This document shows, piece after piece, positions 56,457-59,353 of a stretch of DNA of 59,353 nucleotides. The translations under genes were made by a program, and so were the position numbers. Below the pieces are notes generated by a model that saw only the letters and a list, made by a program, of their open reading frames with translations, did not search any database and was not told where the DNA came from. The stretch's first letter is position 1. Each line of letters starts with the position of its first letter. Source of the stretch: Candidatus Nanohaloarchaea archaeon (lineage in GTDB: Archaea > Nanohalarchaeota > Nanosalinia > Nanosalinales > Nanosalinaceae). Where the stretch lies: the NCBI GenBank assembly GCA_047617745.1, contig JBLGBN010000003.1:1-59353 (forward strand), in the 5' to 3' direction.

Positions 56457-56963
56457 ATGAAGGCTCCAATATGTAACGTATGCTTAAAGAGCGAGGACGA
56501 GCTCTGCAGCATGTGCGAAGACAAGTTTGAAAACGGCGAAATCACGGAAACCGACATTGAGGTCTCAAGAATTCTACACAACCTCAGCAAGGAACACGCC
56601 TCACTGAAGGACTCAGAAATAATCAAAACATTCGAAGCAGAAAACGTAGTAGTAATAGCGACCGCAAAAGGCGACGGCGCAAAAGTCGTCGGTAGAAGCG
56701 GAGAAATCGTCAAGAAAGTAGCAGATGAAGTAGGCAAATCAATCAGAGTAGTAGAGAAATCAGAGGATGATCTGGAGACAATTAAAGGGTTGCTTAGTCC
56801 TGCAGAAGTTGAATCCGTCAACACAGTCTTCACGCCGGAAGGGCAGGAGAAAAAGATCGTTGTCAGCGACGAATACGAAGGCAAGATCAACATCTCCGAA
56901 GAAGAGTTCGAAGACATAATTGAGGGAATAACCGGCACCAAGTACCGGCTCTCCTTCGAGTAA
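56457..56963 (+). CDS. NusA-like KH protein with N-terminal zinc finger
   Basis: MKAPICNVCLKS...LCSMCE and VVGRSGEIVK GxxG. Confidence 0.85.
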   Translation: MKAPICNVCLKSEDELCSMCEDKFENGEITETDIEVSRILHNLSKEHASLKDSEIIKTFEAENVVVIATAKGDGAKVVGRSGEIVKKVADEVGKSIRVVEKSEDDLETIKGLLSPAEVESVNTVFTPEGQEKKIVVSDEYEGKINISEEEFEDIIEGITGTKYRLSFE

Positions 56964-57035
56964 AAACCTTTCCCTTCTCCTTCTTATCCCAGGAAAAGAA
57001 ATAAGTCAGCTATTCTTGAAGAAGCCATTAGGAAA

Positions 57036-57656
57036 ATGGAAAAACTTGCTAGAATCGTGAAAGATTTCATTACGAACTCCGCTGAAGAAGACTACCGACA
57101 GACAGACCCTATTCGGGTACACAAATATGTGGACACCTTCACCTCCTCAATCATGGAGGACAGCCCTGTACTGGTGTCCCACAATCTAAGCATGGGATGG
57201 TCGGAAGATCTGGAAGAAGAGCTTGAAGCCAGTGAACTAAAACCGGAGTGGGAAGAAATAATCGAGGGAAAAACCCGGACACTGATGGATGACTTTCTGG
57301 AGGATTATCCTCAGGTAAAAGCATTCACCGACAAAATCGGCTACTCTCCTATCGAAAGCGAATCATACCGTTTCGGGCTTGCAGGCGCCTACACAGCAGA
57401 TATAATGGATCTAGATAATTCAGTGATGAAGGAAAGCGTGACTGCCGGACTAGACAAATCACTGGAAGACGCCGGCTTAAAGTACTACAGAAACTCGGCA
57501 GGTGAAGTCGCGGAAATAGACGAGACATTGGAGTGCGTCGAAGCCGGATTCGAGGACTACGGCAGTGAAATCAGGCGAGCCGAGCTGGAAGATGAAATAG
57601 ATAGGTGGTCGCCGATCACAGGATGGACCGATTACGAGGAAGAAATCAATGGTTAA
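57036..57656 (+). CDS. hypothetical protein
   Basis: 206-aa acidic ORF. Confidence 0.7.
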   Translation: MEKLARIVKDFITNSAEEDYRQTDPIRVHKYVDTFTSSIMEDSPVLVSHNLSMGWSEDLEEELEASELKPEWEEIIEGKTRTLMDDFLEDYPQVKAFTDKIGYSPIESESYRFGLAGAYTADIMDLDNSVMKESVTAGLDKSLEDAGLKYYRNSAGEVAEIDETLECVEAGFEDYGSEIRRAELEDEIDRWSPITGWTDYEEEING

Positions 57657-57725
57657 GAAGCAGTCGGAGCTGGGAAACCGCTCCAATCCATTTGTTAATT
57701 AAATCTTCTCAAACCCTATTTTTGT

Positions 57726-59353
57726 ATGGCAACAGAGAAAAACTCAAAGAAGTTCATTGTAGCGATCGATCAGGACAAGATAGAGCCGGACCTAGCGCGG
57801 GAAACCGTCATCAACTTTGATCCCTTGAATAGAGCTGGAAAAGAAGGCGGGTTCTATCTTGATGAGAACGAGGAGCTCCACATCGACGACGAAGACGTGA
57901 TGGAAGCCCACAAGATGGCGATCAACAAATACCCCTACGATAACGCCATCACAATGATACAGCTACCGTTCGAAGAAGGTGACAAAGTCCACCAGTTCTC
58001 GGAGAACAGCTTCCGGCTGTACGGACTGCCTGTACCCGAGGAAGGAAGATCAATCGGATTGCTTGGAGAGAACGGTATCGGTAAATCAGTTTCGCTGAAG
58101 ATACTAACTGGAGACACCAAGCCGAACTTCGGCGACTGGGAGAACCCGCCAAGCTGGGAGGAAATCGTGAAGGAATACCGGGGAACAGGGCTCCAGAATC
58201 ATTTCGAGAAACTGAAGAACGACGAAATAAGCTCCGCCTATAAACCACAGCAGGTGGAAAGACTTCCCGAAGTTTATTCAGGCAAAGTACAGCAACTTCT
58301 GAAGAAATCAGCAGAGAATGAGGATGAGATTGAGGAGATCGCAGAAAAACTAGATATAAACCAGCTTCTGGATCGGGATATTGAAAATCTCTCAGGCGGA
58401 GAACTACAGAGAGCTGCAATCGCATCCACACTGCTTAAAGACAAAGATATCTACATGTTCGACGAACCATCCTCTTTCCTTGACGTGAAACAGAGGCTCA
58501 ACGCGGGAAGAGAGATAGTCAACCTTGCTGAGAATAATTCTGTGATGACGGTTGAACACGATCTGGCAACACTTGACCTTATAGCGTCAGGAATCCACAT
58601 ATTCTATGGAGAACCTGGGGGTTATGGAATGGTATCCGATACACTTTCAACCAAAGAAGGTATCAACAACTACCTAGATGGATACCTGCCGTCCCAGAAC
58701 GTCCGGTTCAGGAAGGAGTCAATTGAGTTTGACAGAACCAAAAGATCACAGGTAGAACAACACAATACGGTGCTTGAATTCCCTGAAATGAGTAAAGACT
58801 TTGGGGAAGGAGAGTTCGAGCTGGAAACCGAATCAGGAGAGCTGCATGAAGAAGAAATACTCGCAATATTTGGAGAGAACGGGCTGGGAAAAACTGTCTT
58901 CGCCAAGATGCTGGCCGGAGCTATAGAACCTGATGAGGGCGAATCGCCCGACGTTTCAATTTCCTACAAACCACAGTACCTAGAGGCGCAGGATGAAACA
59001 GTAGAGGAAGCGCTCTCCAAACACACCAATGTAAACAGCAAGAGATTTGAGAACCGGATCGCGGAGCCGCTTGGCCTCGAAAAACTATACGAAAATAACC
59101 TAGAAGACCTTTCTGGAGGAGAGCTGCAGAGAGTTGGGATAGCTATCTGTCTCTCCAAAAACGCAGATATCTACCTTCTAGACGAGCCTTCCGCCTACCT
59201 GGATGTCGAGGCAAGAGTAGAGCTTGGAAGAACACTGAAACGGTTCGCAAGAAAGACTGAGAAACCATTAATGGTAATTGACCACGATCTCCTGATGCTG
59301 GACTATATTGCGGACCGGGGAATGGTTTTTAGAGGAGAACCCGGGGTTAGTGG
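57726..59353 (+). CDS. ribosome recycling ATPase ABCE1/RLI, runs off the window end (not in ORF track)
   Basis: NSFRLYGLPVP, GENGIGKS, YKPQ, LSGGELQR twice, DEPSSFLDV, GENGLGKT and DEPSAYLDVE. Confidence 0.95.
   Translation, partial: MATEKNSKKFIVAIDQDKIEPDLARETVINFDPLNRAGKEGGFYLDENEELHIDDEDVMEAHKMAINKYPYDNAITMIQLPFEEGDKVHQFSENSFRLYGLPVPEEGRSIGLLGENGIGKSVSLKILTGDTKPNFGDWENPPSWEEIVKEYRGTGLQNHFEKLKNDEISSAYKPQQVERLPEVYSGKVQQLLKKSAENEDEIEEIAEKLDINQLLDRDIENLSGGELQRAAIASTLLKDKDIYMFDEPSSFLDVKQRLNAGREIVNLAENNSVMTVEHDLATLDLIASGIHIFYGEPGGYGMVSDTLSTKEGINNYLDGYLPSQNVRFRKESIEFDRTKRSQVEQHNTVLEFPEMSKDFGEGEFELETESGELHEEEILAIFGENGLGKTVFAKMLAGAIEPDEGESPDVSISYKPQYLEAQDETVEEALSKHTNVNSKRFENRIAEPLGLEKLYENNLEDLSGGELQRVGIAICLSKNADIYLLDEPSAYLDVEARVELGRTLKRFARKTEKPLMVIDHDLLMLDYIADRGMVFRGEPGVS

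Overview
Chromosomal segment of a halophilic archaeon, most likely Nanohaloarchaeota (DPANN). This is inferred from the strongly acidic proteome at only moderate GC, the archaeal markers (rpl40e, NusA-like, PAN-like, ABCE1, FtsZ2-type, PINA ATPase), GGTGA-type SD sites and TATA boxes about 25-30 nt before start codons. Housekeeping content includes nfo, trxB, nadE/nadM, polX, ligA, gatCAB, ftsZ, an S8-PepF-M42 proteolysis cluster and three tRNAs: Thr-GGT, intron-containing Gly-GCC and Arg-TCG. The best candidate for an undescribed system is an island downstream of tRNA-Thr (about 14.5-23.3 kb). It carries a translationally coupled operon: CMPK2/TMPK-like kinase, TFS-like Zn ribbon, class II RNR homolog with an altered active site (APCGE instead of NPCGE), P-loop kinase, HD phosphohydrolase and a cytidine deaminase with altered sugar-binding residues. 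An HTH-Nudix regulator with visible TCAA-N6-TTGA operators and a GCS2-type ligase accompany it. I infer that it may make or process a non-standard nucleotide. Other notable items: an array of hairpins displaying UUGGGC loops upstream of ftsZ, an ABCE1 whose Fe-S domain has no cysteines, an HTH-LAGLIDADG gene abutting the intron-containing tRNA-Gly, and several microproteins missed by the ORF track. All family calls come from motif recognition by eye; no searches were run.
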